64,000 bases of DNA from Capsulimonadaceae bacterium (GTDB taxonomy: Bacteria; Armatimonadota; Armatimonadia; Armatimonadales; Capsulimonadaceae), in NCBI GenBank assembly GCA_965249515.1, contig OZ252240.1:4150693-4214692 (forward strand). The letters run 5' to 3'. How positions within the stretch are numbered: position 1 is the stretch's first letter; each line of letters starts with the position of its first letter. Under the pieces are notes generated by a model, which saw nothing but the letters and a program-made list of their open reading frames with translations, did no database searches and was not told the origin of the DNA. This document shows positions 31,890-40,928 of the stretch, in pieces. The translations under genes and the position numbers were made by a program.

Positions 31890-34800
31890 ATGTTCAACCT
31901 GCCCTTGTTCTCCAAGAGCGGCAAGCCGGACGCGAAAAAGCGCGAGGCGCAGCCGTTTAGCCGTCAAACGCTGACGAAGAATGCCCGGATTGATGGCGCG
32001 ACCGTGACCGAAAGTGTCTGCCCCTACTGCGCCGTCGGGTGCGGCCAGCAGATCTACACTAAGGGCGGCCAGATTATTGATATCGAGGGCAACCCGCACT
32101 CGCCCATCAACGAAGGTACGCTCTGCCCAAAAGGCGCGAATGTTTTCCAATTGGCGCGTAACCCCAATCGCGTGAAGAAGGTCCTCTACCGCGCCCCGTA
32201 TGCGACCGAGTGGGAAGAAAAGCCGCTCGACTGGGCGATGGAGCGGATCGCGCAGAAAGTGTTCGATGCCCGCGAGCGCGGCTGGACCGAGAAGGACGAC
32301 GACGGGCGAACGATCAGCGCGGTCCGCAATATCGGCACCCTCGGCGGAGCGACGCTCGACAACGAAGAAAATTACCTCATCAAAAAGCTCTTCACCGCCG
32401 GCCTCGGCGTCCTCTCAGTTGAGAACCAAGCCCGCATTTGACATTCTGCTTCCGTGCCCGGTCTGGGCGCGACATTCGGCCGCGGCGCGGCCACTTCCTA
32501 TCAGCAGGATCTTCAAAACAGCGACGCGATTCTCATTATGGGTTCCAACATGGCTGAGGCGCACCCGGTCGGCTTCCGCTGGCCGATGAAGGCCAAAGCG
32601 AACGGCGCAAAGCTCATCCATGTGGACCCGCGCTACACGCGCACGTCGGCAATGGCCGACCAGCACGTCCAGATTCGGGCCGGCTCGGATATCGCGTTTT
32701 TAGGCGCACTGGTGAACTACGTTCTCACCCATGAACGCTGGTTCAAAGAATATGTGCTCGCCTACTCGAACGCCTCGACAATTGTAGACCCGCAGTTCCA
32801 GGACACTGAAGCGCTCGACGGCTTATTCAGCGGCTACGATGCCGAGACGCGCTCCTACGACCCATCTGTAGGCCACTGGAGCTACAAGCAGCCGGAAGAT
32901 AGCGAGGGTGAGGAAGGCAGCGGCGACACGCAGGGCAAGATGGCCGCGAACTCTCACGGCCTGCACGGGCACGGCATCGAAGGCGGGGCCAGCACTCACA
33001 GTTCGCCGCGAGCCAATTCAACCACGGACAAGGCTGGCTATATTCAGCGCGACGAAACGCTGCAAGACCCAAACTGTGTCATGCAGCTTCTGCGTCGTCA
33101 CTATGAGCGCTACACGCCGCAAATGGCGGCGGACATCTGCGGCTGTACGCCTGAGCAGGTTATCCAAGTCGCGGAAACCCTGTGTGACAACTCAGGACGG
33201 GAGCGCACCAGCGCCATCTGCTACGCGGTCGGCTGGACCATGCACACGACGGGCGTACAGATTATCCGCACGGCGAGTATTCTCCAGACTCTGCTCGGCA
33301 ACATGGGCCGGCCCGGCGGCAGCATCATGGCCCTGCGCGGTCACGCCAGCATTCAAGGGTCTACGGACATTCCAACGCTCTATGACCTCCTGCCGGGTTA
33401 CCTGCCCCAGCCGACCGCCGACCCGACCCATGACACGCTGGCCGACTACGTCAAGTATGAAGGTCTGCCCACGGGATACTGGGTGCATTTCAAGGAGTTT
33501 ATGGTCAGCCTGCTCAAAGCCTACTACGGCGACGCGGCGACGAAAGACAACGACTTCCGCTACAACTGGCTGCCACGGCTGGACGATGATTACTCGATGA
33601 TCCTGGCGTTTCAGCGCATGGCGAAAGGTGATTTTGATGGCTACTTCCTGTTCGGACAAAACCCGGCGGCAGGCTCGGTCAACGCCAAAGTTGTCCGCGA
33701 GGGCCTGCGTAATTTGAAGTGGCTGGTGGTCGCCGACTGGTTCGAGACCGAAAGCGCCGTCTTCTGGAAGAACGACCCGACCGGGCCGCCCGCTACTGAC
33801 ATCGGCACCGAAGTCTTTTTCCTTCCGGCAGCGTCGTCTCCCGAGAAAGAAGGGACGCTGACAAACACGCAGCGGCTGATCCAGTGGCACGACAAAGCGA
33901 TTGACCCGCCGGGCGACTGCCGCTCCGATCTGTGGTTCCTCTACAATTTAGGCAAGCGGCTCAAAGCGCTGTACGCCGGCTCGACAGACCCAAAAGATCT
34001 GCCAATTCAGCACCTGACCTGGGACTACGACCAGGACGAGCCGGAACGACTGCCCGATGGTACGCTCAGCAGAATTGTCGGTGAACCTGATGCGCTGAAA
34101 GTCTTGCAGGAAATCAACGGCTGCCACGTCAACGAGATTGACCCGAAGACCGGCAAGCCCAAGCTGCTGTCGGGCTATTCCGAGTGCAAGGATGACGGCA
34201 CGACCGCCTGCGGCGGCTGGATTTACTCGGGGGTCACGCCGGCGCCGGAGGTCAACCGTGCCCGCGACCGGGTCCGCACCCCGGACAATCCGCTCGACCC
34301 GAATTGGGGCTACGCCTGGCCGAGCAACCGGCGCGTCCTGTATAACCGGGCGTCGGCTGACCCCGAAGGCAACCCGTGGTCCGAGCGCAAAAAGCTGATC
34401 TACTGGGACAAAGATGCCAAAAAATGGATGGGTAACGATGTCCCCGACTTTGAAGTAGGCAAAGACCCGTCGTACCGCGCACTCAAAGACGCGGTCGGCA
34501 TGGAAGCAATCGGCGGCGACCAGCCGTTTATCATGCACCCGGACGGCTTGGCCTGGCTGTTCGCGCCGGGCGGCACCAAAGACGCCCCGCTGCCGACCCA
34601 TTACGAGCCGGTCGAGTCGCCGGTTCGGAACCTGCTTTATTCTAAGACGCAGGACAACCCGACAACGCGCTACTTCGAAGGCCTGGCGGGCAACAAACTG
34701 GCCCGCTACCCGGAAAACGATTTCCCGGTGGTCGGCTGCACGTTCCGCCTGACCGAGCATTACCTGAGCGGCCCGATGTCCCGGTTCAATTCGTGGCTCA

Positions 34801-35249
34801 ACGAGCTGATGCCGGCCATGTTCATTGAAATCAGCCCGGAGCTTGCCGCCGCGCACGGCATCGAGCACGGCGGCTGGATGATCTGCGAGTCGGCGCGGGC
34901 TGCAATCGAGGCGCGGGCCATGGTCACGAAGCGCATCAAGCCGATGACCATTGACGGCAAAACGATCCACCAAGTCGGTGTCCCGTTCCAATGGGGCTTT
35001 GCCGGGGAAGTGGTCGGCAGCAGTGCCAACGACTTGACTTCACTCGTGGCCGACCCGAATGTCTCGATGCACGAGGCCAAAGTCTTCGCCTGCCGGGTCC
35101 GGGCCGGACGCCTGCCCGACCAGCCGAAGACGCCGACCAAGCCCGAGCACCGCTGGGCCAGCCGCGAGCCGGTTCCAAACACCGCCGCCGGCGCACAGCC
35201 TGAGGGCCATTTGGAGAAGTCATTGCGAAAGGACGGACCGGAGAAGTAA
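31890..35249 (+). CDS. fdnG: formate dehydrogenase catalytic subunit, selenocysteine-containing (UGA at 32439-32441)
   Basis: Track ORFs 31797-32441 and 32454-35249 are one frame: ...VENQARI-U-HSASVPGLGATFGRGA, compared with E. coli ...VDNQARV-U-HGPTVASLAPTFGRGA. CPYCAVGCG Fe-S motif. Colinear with FdnG to the C-terminus. Confidence 0.93.
32454..32470 (+). promoter_or_regulatory. bacterial SECIS hairpin of fdnG
   Basis: GUGCCC-GGUCU-GGGCGC. The GGUCU loop occupies +22 to +26 from the U of UGA, the same register as the E. coli fdhF SECIS (G23/U24) as recalled. Confidence 0.65.
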
Positions 35250-35383
35250 GAACCTACCCCCGCTCGTTCCTCACGACCCCTCCCTAAGAAGGAAGGGTAG
35301 GAATTACGCATGAAGCCTTCCGTATCTGTCTCTCACCCTTCCTTCTTAGGGAGGGGTCGTGAGGAACGAGCGGGGGTAGGTTC
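35250..35383. repeat. 134-bp palindromic element, family A, between fdnG and fdnH
   Basis: 48-nt arms at 35250-35297 and 35336-35383 are perfectly complementary. It starts at the base after the fdnG stop codon. Confidence 0.95.
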
Positions 35384-35406
35384 GCATTATCCTTGAAAGC
35401 AAAACC

Positions 35407-36276
35407 ATGATCCAGTTAAATATGCTTCGCGCGGAGGCGACGGCCAGCCTCAAAAATGCGTTCCCGCCCCAGCGCACCGAAGTCCCCGACGCCGGCCCAG
35501 ATGGGCAAGGGCAGATGGGCTTCTTCACCGACACCAGCCTGTGCATCGGCTGCAAAGCCTGCGAAGTGGCCTGCAAGCAGTGGAACCAGTTGCCGTCGGA
35601 CGGCTACAACTTTTCGGCGAAGTCCTATGACAATACCGAGCATCTTTCGGCGACCACCTGGCGGCACGTGGCGTTCCAGGAGCAAATCGGCGAGACCAGC
35701 AGCCGCTGGCTGATGATGAGCGATGTCTGCAAGCACTGCGTGGATGCCCCGTGCGTCCAGTCCTGCCCGACCGGATCGCTGATTTACAATGAATACGGCA
35801 ACGTCTATGTCCAGGCCGACATCTGCAACGGCTGCGGGTACTGCGTCTCGGCCTGCCCGTTCGGGGTCATCGCCCGGAGCGCCGAAGACGGGCACGCGCA
35901 CAAATGCACACTCTGCTACGACCGGCAAACGGTCGGCGAGACGCCCGCCTGTGCGAAGTCCTGCCCGACGGCGTCTATCCAGTTCGGCCCGGTTGATGAG
36001 CTGCGCGAGCATGCCCGCGAGCGGGTAGAAACACTCCGCGCCCAGGGCAACACGTCGGCATTTCTCTACGGGGCCGATGAAGAGTCGCTGCCGGGCTACG
36101 GCACGCTGAACTCGTTCTTTCTGCTCGAAGACCACCCAAACCGCTACAACCTGCCGGAAGCCCCGCCTCAGCCGCTGCACCAGCAGGGCAAGCGCTACGC
36201 GGCGAGCCTGCTGACGGGCCTCGCGCTCACGGCCCTGGCGGGTCTGCTGCTGTCGAAGGGGGCGACCAATGCCTGA
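35407..36276 (+). CDS. fdnH: formate dehydrogenase iron-sulfur subunit
   Basis: CIGCKACEVACKQWN, CKHCVDAPCVQSCP, CNGCGYCVSACP, CTLCYDR ferredoxin motifs. C-terminal TM helix. Confidence 0.92.
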   Translation: MIQLNMLRAEATASLKNAFPPQRTEVPDAGPDGQGQMGFFTDTSLCIGCKACEVACKQWNQLPSDGYNFSAKSYDNTEHLSATTWRHVAFQEQIGETSSRWLMMSDVCKHCVDAPCVQSCPTGSLIYNEYGNVYVQADICNGCGYCVSACPFGVIARSAEDGHAHKCTLCYDRQTVGETPACAKSCPTASIQFGPVDELREHARERVETLRAQGNTSAFLYGADEESLPGYGTLNSFFLLEDHPNRYNLPEAPPQPLHQQGKRYAASLLTGLALTALAGLLLSKGATNA

Positions 36277-37426
36277 TTTTGATGTCATGGGGGCAAGCGG
36301 AACGACCAGTGGCACCGAGACACGCGGACGCTGGGACAGCGCCCACGGAATCGCGCCCGATAAAAAAGCGTTCGACACGCTGCCGGACAAGCTCACCGAC
36401 TTCACGCCGAAGCAGAAACCTTTCACCGAGGGCTTTTCCGAAAGCGGCACGAACCGCAAGAAAAGCACCGTGGATAAAGACAACGGCGACGCGGCGTACT
36501 ATGACATCAGCCTCTTGCAGTCGCCGGTCTGGACCAAAGAAGTCGGCATCTATTTCTTTCTCGGCGGGCTGTCGTCGAGCGCCTATAGCATCGCCCGGCT
36601 GTCGGACCGCTTCGGACGCGGCAGCCTGCGGCCTGTCACGCAGTATGGAACACTCATCGCGGCGTTGGCCGCGCTGCCCTGCGCTCCGCTTCTGATCTGG
36701 GATTTGGGTGACCGGACGCGCTTCCACCATATGCTGCGTATTTGGAAGCCGAAGTCGCCGATGAACCTCGGAAGCTGGACTCTGACAATCTACACACTCA
36801 TGGGCGGGATTGCTGCCCTGCGCGAGTTTCTGCGTACCCTGCGGAAAGACGCGCCGCTGACCGGCGGCGCCAAAGCTTTGGACGAAACGGCGGGGGTGAT
36901 CGCTGACACTGCCGGCATCCCGCTCGGCCTGCTGCTGGCGGGCTATACCGGCATTCTGCTGTCCACGACTTCGACGCCGCTTTGGAGCCGCAACACCTGG
37001 ATTGGGACCCTGTTCAGCGCCTCTGCGGTCGGCTCCGGCGCAAGTGCGGTTAAGCTGGCTTTGGAAATAACCGGCAAATCCGAACACGCCGCCCATGCGC
37101 TCGGAAAAGTCGAGACGCTGGCACATTTGACCGAAGCAGTCGCCCACGCGGGCTTTTTGTCCGCTGCCGGGCCGCTGGCGAAACCCGTCACCGAGGGTAA
37201 GTACAAAAACGCTTATCTCGGCGGCGCGGTCGGCCTCGGAATCGTGCTGCCGGAGATTTTAAGCCGCCTGCCGGGGACGCCGAAGCAGAAGCGGGCGCTG
37301 TCCATTGCCGCCGGAGTGGCCGGACTTGTCGGCGGATACATCCTGCGGACAGTCTTTGTCGCTGCGGGCAAGCCATCCGCCGATGACCCGGATTTGGCGC
37401 GTCTTGCCACTGGCCCAAGAAATTGA
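36269..37426 (+). CDS. NrfD/PsrC-like polytopic membrane subunit
   Basis: Overlaps the fdnH stop. Multiple TM segments. WTKEVGIYFFLGGLSSSAY resembles the NrfD family. Not an FdnI-type cytochrome b. Confidence 0.7.
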   Translation: MPDFDVMGASGTTSGTETRGRWDSAHGIAPDKKAFDTLPDKLTDFTPKQKPFTEGFSESGTNRKKSTVDKDNGDAAYYDISLLQSPVWTKEVGIYFFLGGLSSSAYSIARLSDRFGRGSLRPVTQYGTLIAALAALPCAPLLIWDLGDRTRFHHMLRIWKPKSPMNLGSWTLTIYTLMGGIAALREFLRTLRKDAPLTGGAKALDETAGVIADTAGIPLGLLLAGYTGILLSTTSTPLWSRNTWIGTLFSASAVGSGASAVKLALEITGKSEHAAHALGKVETLAHLTEAVAHAGFLSAAGPLAKPVTEGKYKNAYLGGAVGLGIVLPEILSRLPGTPKQKRALSIAAGVAGLVGGYILRTVFVAAGKPSADDPDLARLATGPRN

Positions 37427-37445
37427 CTAGGAAAGGAGGCCGCGC

Positions 37446-37853
37446 ATGAAAGTCCGCTGGAACCGTGACAGCATCCGTTTGAGAATTACGCCGTCGGAGT
37501 TTGCGGCAATCACTGCCGGAGAAGCCGTACATGAGGGCATTGCGTTCCCCGGAATGCAGTTTTGGAACATCACGCTGTGCCCGAGCGACGCCGAAACGAC
37601 TCTCTTTGCCGACGCGCACGGCGTCTATTTCTCGCTCTCGGCAGCCGACCGGGCAAAGCTCGCCGACCCGGAAGCCGAAGGGGTCTACTTCGAGATGACC
37701 GAGCCGACTATCCTGCGCTACTACATCGAGAAGGATTTCCCGTGTGTCCACAAGCCCGCCCCGGAGACCGGGGAAGGCGCATCGGAAACATTCACGCCGC
37801 CGCCTGGCTTCGAGGCCCGCAAGCTGGCCCCCACCGAGATCAACGGGGACTAG
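37446..37853 (+). CDS. hypothetical protein linked to the FDH operon, 135 aa
   Basis: GGAAAGGAGG RBS 19 nt after the NrfD-like gene. No family recognised. Confidence 0.55.
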   Translation: MKVRWNRDSIRLRITPSEFAAITAGEAVHEGIAFPGMQFWNITLCPSDAETTLFADAHGVYFSLSAADRAKLADPEAEGVYFEMTEPTILRYYIEKDFPCVHKPAPETGEGASETFTPPPGFEARKLAPTEINGD

Positions 37854-40851
37854 CCGCCGTCAAGACAATCCCGGTGCGGTTGGCGGCTGCCTCGGTGACA
37901 ATTCTCACATTCGACGGGCTGAGGCCATTTTCGTCGAAGATGACCAGGTCATTGTTGCCGGGCCGCAAAAGAGGCTCCGGCAGGTAGACGCCGTCTACCG
38001 GGGACTTCTCGGGGTAGCGGCCCAAATTGACGCCGTTGAGCCAGACGAAGCCTGCCGAGAGGGTAGTGGTCGCGACGCGCAGAATTGGGTGGGGGCCGCT
38101 CTCGCCCGGCGGGGTCACTGTAAATCTCGTGTGGTAGAACGTCGGAACGCCGTCAGTCTTGACGGCTCCGAGCGGCTTCCAGCGCGGCGATGTGAACGCG
38201 GCATAGGACACGCCGCCGCGCATCTTCCAGCCCGTCACCAATGGGCCGTCTTCCAGCCCGGAGTCCAGCCGGACTTCTCCGGTCAAACCTCCCGGCCCGC
38301 CGGTGTTTTGCACCGCGACCGCCAGCACATTCGGCCCACCTTCATGCCAGGCAGCGTCAAGCGGCACCGTCATGTCGGCGTTCAGCCCAACACTTGGGGC
38401 GATCAGCTTCCCATTCAAATAGACGATACCGACATCGTCAATGCTGTGAAAGAACAGGTTCCGGTGCGGACCGGGAACGTCCGGCAGTGCCGTTCGGAAC
38501 CAGACCCAGCCGAGCCGCCCGTCCCCGAAGACATCGGTGGACGTTGTCGCGTCCGACCAGCCTGGCCCGGACGTATCCAGCCCCGGCGCGGCCTGCTTGG
38601 CGGCGTCACCGGGGGCGGCATCATCGGCCTGCCAGCGGAAGGCATTCAAGTCCTGACGCTTGGCGTCGTGCCGGGTCAGGGTCACCGGCCCGGTGATGCC
38701 TTTCCATTTGGCGTCCGCCCCGTCCATTGGCCCGTAGTAGTTGAACAGCTTGTCCCGACCATAGTGCGCGGTCAGGAACGCCACGGAGTTCGGTCCGGCT
38801 TTCAGCATTACTGGAAAGGCGCGGGGGGACGACCGCAGATCGGCGCTTGCCGCGTGAGTGCCGTTGACAAAGCAGCTTGCCCAATCGTTGCCGCTGCTGA
38901 GATTGAGCTGATAAGTTCCAGCGGCGGGGGCCGAGACGGTCGTGCGGTACCAGGCATAGGCGCTGATGTCGCCGTCCGCGCCCATCGGCAGTGGGGTGGC
39001 GCTGGATTTCCAAAGCTTGTCATTGTAGGCAGGCTGAACGAACGGCACCGAGGCATCGGCCCGCCAGGGACCAAGTGCCGGCGGCCGGGCCGAAGCGATG
39101 CTTTGACCCGGCACAACGACTGGGATTAGCGTTTGGGGCGCTTTGCGGGCATCGGCAGGATACAGCAGCATCGGCAGGGGCCGCGCGGGCGGTGTCGGCC
39201 CGGTGCGCTCGGTGACAAGCTGCACGGTGCCGTTCGGCATTTTCTGGACCTCCCCGACATAGTCCGGGCCGCAGGCAATCGAGCCGTCTTCTAAAAACCA
39301 GGTCCGGTCGGCCATTGCCAAGCTCATCGTCAGGACACGCACCTTCCGGGTGCCTGTCCCGACCATACTGACACGCGGCGCAGCGCTCGGCACGGTCGTT
39401 TGGAGCACACTTTCGCCGCCGCCGCCGGCGAAACGAAAATGCAGCTCAACGGGTTCACCCGGATTGCCGTAGGCAATCAGCGTGTTCTGGGACCCGTGCC
39501 GGACCGCGCCGAGCAGCCGGGCTGCGGCAAGCGATAAAGTGACGCCCGGCGCGAGCGCGTAGTTCCGCAGCACCGGCACCATCTCGCCGGGGGCCAGCAT
39601 GATCGGCCCGGCGGACGGATACCGTGCGCCGCCGAGTGTAATTTGTGTCCTGACCGGGGCATTTTCCGGGCGGTTGTACAAAAATACGGCTTCGCCGGCC
39701 CGGCCCTTGCGGTGGGTGACTTGCAGGCTGCCGCCGTCGGTGGCCGTTGCCCCGTCGCCGCCTTCGCGAGAAACCGAGTCCGCCAGCAGGTTTTGGAAGC
39801 TGGTCGCGAACTGCGCGGCTTTCTTGCAGTAAGCGTAGGAGACGCGCAGGTCGCCGGCCTGCCCGATGGGAGCGCCGAAGTCGTAGGAAGCAGCCTGGGC
39901 ATCGTTGTTCCAGGTGCCGAAATCGGTGCCGCCGACCATTGTGTAATGGGTGTAGCCCGCGCCGCCGTAGGCGATGATCTTCCAGGTGGCCCGCTCCAGC
40001 TTTTTGGCCCGCTCGGGGTCCACGCCGTAGACGCCGTACCAGCCCGTCCAAAACTCCGTGCTGTACCAGGGCGAGGTGCGCGTTGCGGTGTCCAGCGGGC
40101 TATCTCCGGCGGGGTCGTCGTTGTGGTTCAAGCCGCTGAAAAAGAGCGGCACTTCCAGGCCCATCGCCCGCATTTTGGCGTAGTACCAGCGGTAGTAGGG
40201 GTTCGGCAGGTCGGTTCCGGCCCCAAGTCCGCCGCCGAGCGTATGCTCGTTTTCAAGCTGGATCATCAAGATCGGCCCACCGTGATTGATCTGGTTGGCG
40301 GCGAGTATCGGAACCAGCTTATTAAAGTAGGGCGTGACGGCTTTGTAGAATGGTCGGTTGTCGGTCATCGGCAGCAGGCCGGGGTGGTTGAACCGGAGCC
40401 AGACCGGCAGGCCGCCGGTGTCCCATTCGGCATTGACATACGGCCCCATGCGGACAATGGCGTATAGCCCCAGCGAATGCACGAGTTTTAGGTAGGCGTC
40501 TAAATCCTTCTCGCCACTGAAATCAAATCTGCCTTCGGTCGACTCATGGTAGTTCCAGAACGCATAGGTCTGCACGGTGTTGTAGCCCGCCCGCTTGATC
40601 CGCAGCAGCCGGTCACGCCACAGCGCACGGGGGGTGCGGGGGTATTGCAGCTCCCCGGCGACAAGGAATGTCCGCTTGCCGCGCACGAGGAACCCGCGCC
40701 CGTCGAAGGCGATATACGGCTTCGCGGCGGGCAGCGCTGGGAAGATGCCGTCGTTAGTACCCGGCCAGCCGCCGGCATGGCTGGGGGTGGGGGCAAGGCC
40801 GAGCAGCAAAAGCGCAAGGAGGCTGGCAGCGAGCACAGGGAGATGTTTCAT
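37840..40851 (-). CDS. secreted glycoside hydrolase family 35 beta-galactosidase
   Basis: Signal peptide. GELQYPRTP, GYNTVQTYAFWNYHE, VRMGPYVNAEWDTGGLPVWL, IMIQLENE. Confidence 0.9.
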   Translation of the reverse strand: MKHLPVLAASLLALLLLGLAPTPSHAGGWPGTNDGIFPALPAAKPYIAFDGRGFLVRGKRTFLVAGELQYPRTPRALWRDRLLRIKRAGYNTVQTYAFWNYHESTEGRFDFSGEKDLDAYLKLVHSLGLYAIVRMGPYVNAEWDTGGLPVWLRFNHPGLLPMTDNRPFYKAVTPYFNKLVPILAANQINHGGPILMIQLENEHTLGGGLGAGTDLPNPYYRWYYAKMRAMGLEVPLFFSGLNHNDDPAGDSPLDTATRTSPWYSTEFWTGWYGVYGVDPERAKKLERATWKIIAYGGAGYTHYTMVGGTDFGTWNNDAQAASYDFGAPIGQAGDLRVSYAYCKKAAQFATSFQNLLADSVSREGGDGATATDGGSLQVTHRKGRAGEAVFLYNRPENAPVRTQITLGGARYPSAGPIMLAPGEMVPVLRNYALAPGVTLSLAAARLLGAVRHGSQNTLIAYGNPGEPVELHFRFAGGGGESVLQTTVPSAAPRVSMVGTGTRKVRVLTMSLAMADRTWFLEDGSIACGPDYVGEVQKMPNGTVQLVTERTGPTPPARPLPMLLYPADARKAPQTLIPVVVPGQSIASARPPALGPWRADASVPFVQPAYNDKLWKSSATPLPMGADGDISAYAWYRTTVSAPAAGTYQLNLSSGNDWASCFVNGTHAASADLRSSPRAFPVMLKAGPNSVAFLTAHYGRDKLFNYYGPMDGADAKWKGITGPVTLTRHDAKRQDLNAFRWQADDAAPGDAAKQAAPGLDTSGPGWSDATTSTDVFGDGRLGWVWFRTALPDVPGPHRNLFFHSIDDVGIVYLNGKLIAPSVGLNADMTVPLDAAWHEGGPNVLAVAVQNTGGPGGLTGEVRLDSGLEDGPLVTGWKMRGGVSYAAFTSPRWKPLGAVKTDGVPTFYHTRFTVTPPGESGPHPILRVATTTLSAGFVWLNGVNLGRYPEKSPVDGVYLPEPLLRPGNNDLVIFDENGLSPSNVRIVTEAAANRTGIVLTAASPR

Positions 40852-40881
40852 GGGAGTATTAAAAAAGAGAAAATAAGAGAG

Positions 40882-40915
40882 AAAAAGACGCGGGGGCTTA
40901 CCCCCGCGTCTTTTT
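40882..40915 (-). terminator. bidirectional rho-independent terminator
   Basis: AAAGACGCGGGGG-CTTA-CCCCCGCGTCTTT, flanked by an A-run and a T-run. Confidence 0.6.
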
Positions 40916-40928
40916 AGTGAGTGCGTCT

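Noticed and set aside
31760-31924. N-terminal 55-aa extension of the SMI1/KNR4 ORF.
   Set aside because: It would overlap the fdnG start and leave no promoter region. The domain begins right after the internal Met. It is kept as an alternative only.
33948-36483. Long minus-strand ORFs (347 aa and 355 aa) opposite fdnG and fdnH.
   Set aside because: They are antisense shadows of strongly supported FDH genes.
37744-39129. 461-aa plus-strand ORF.
   Set aside because: It is a shadow of the GH35 beta-galactosidase gene.
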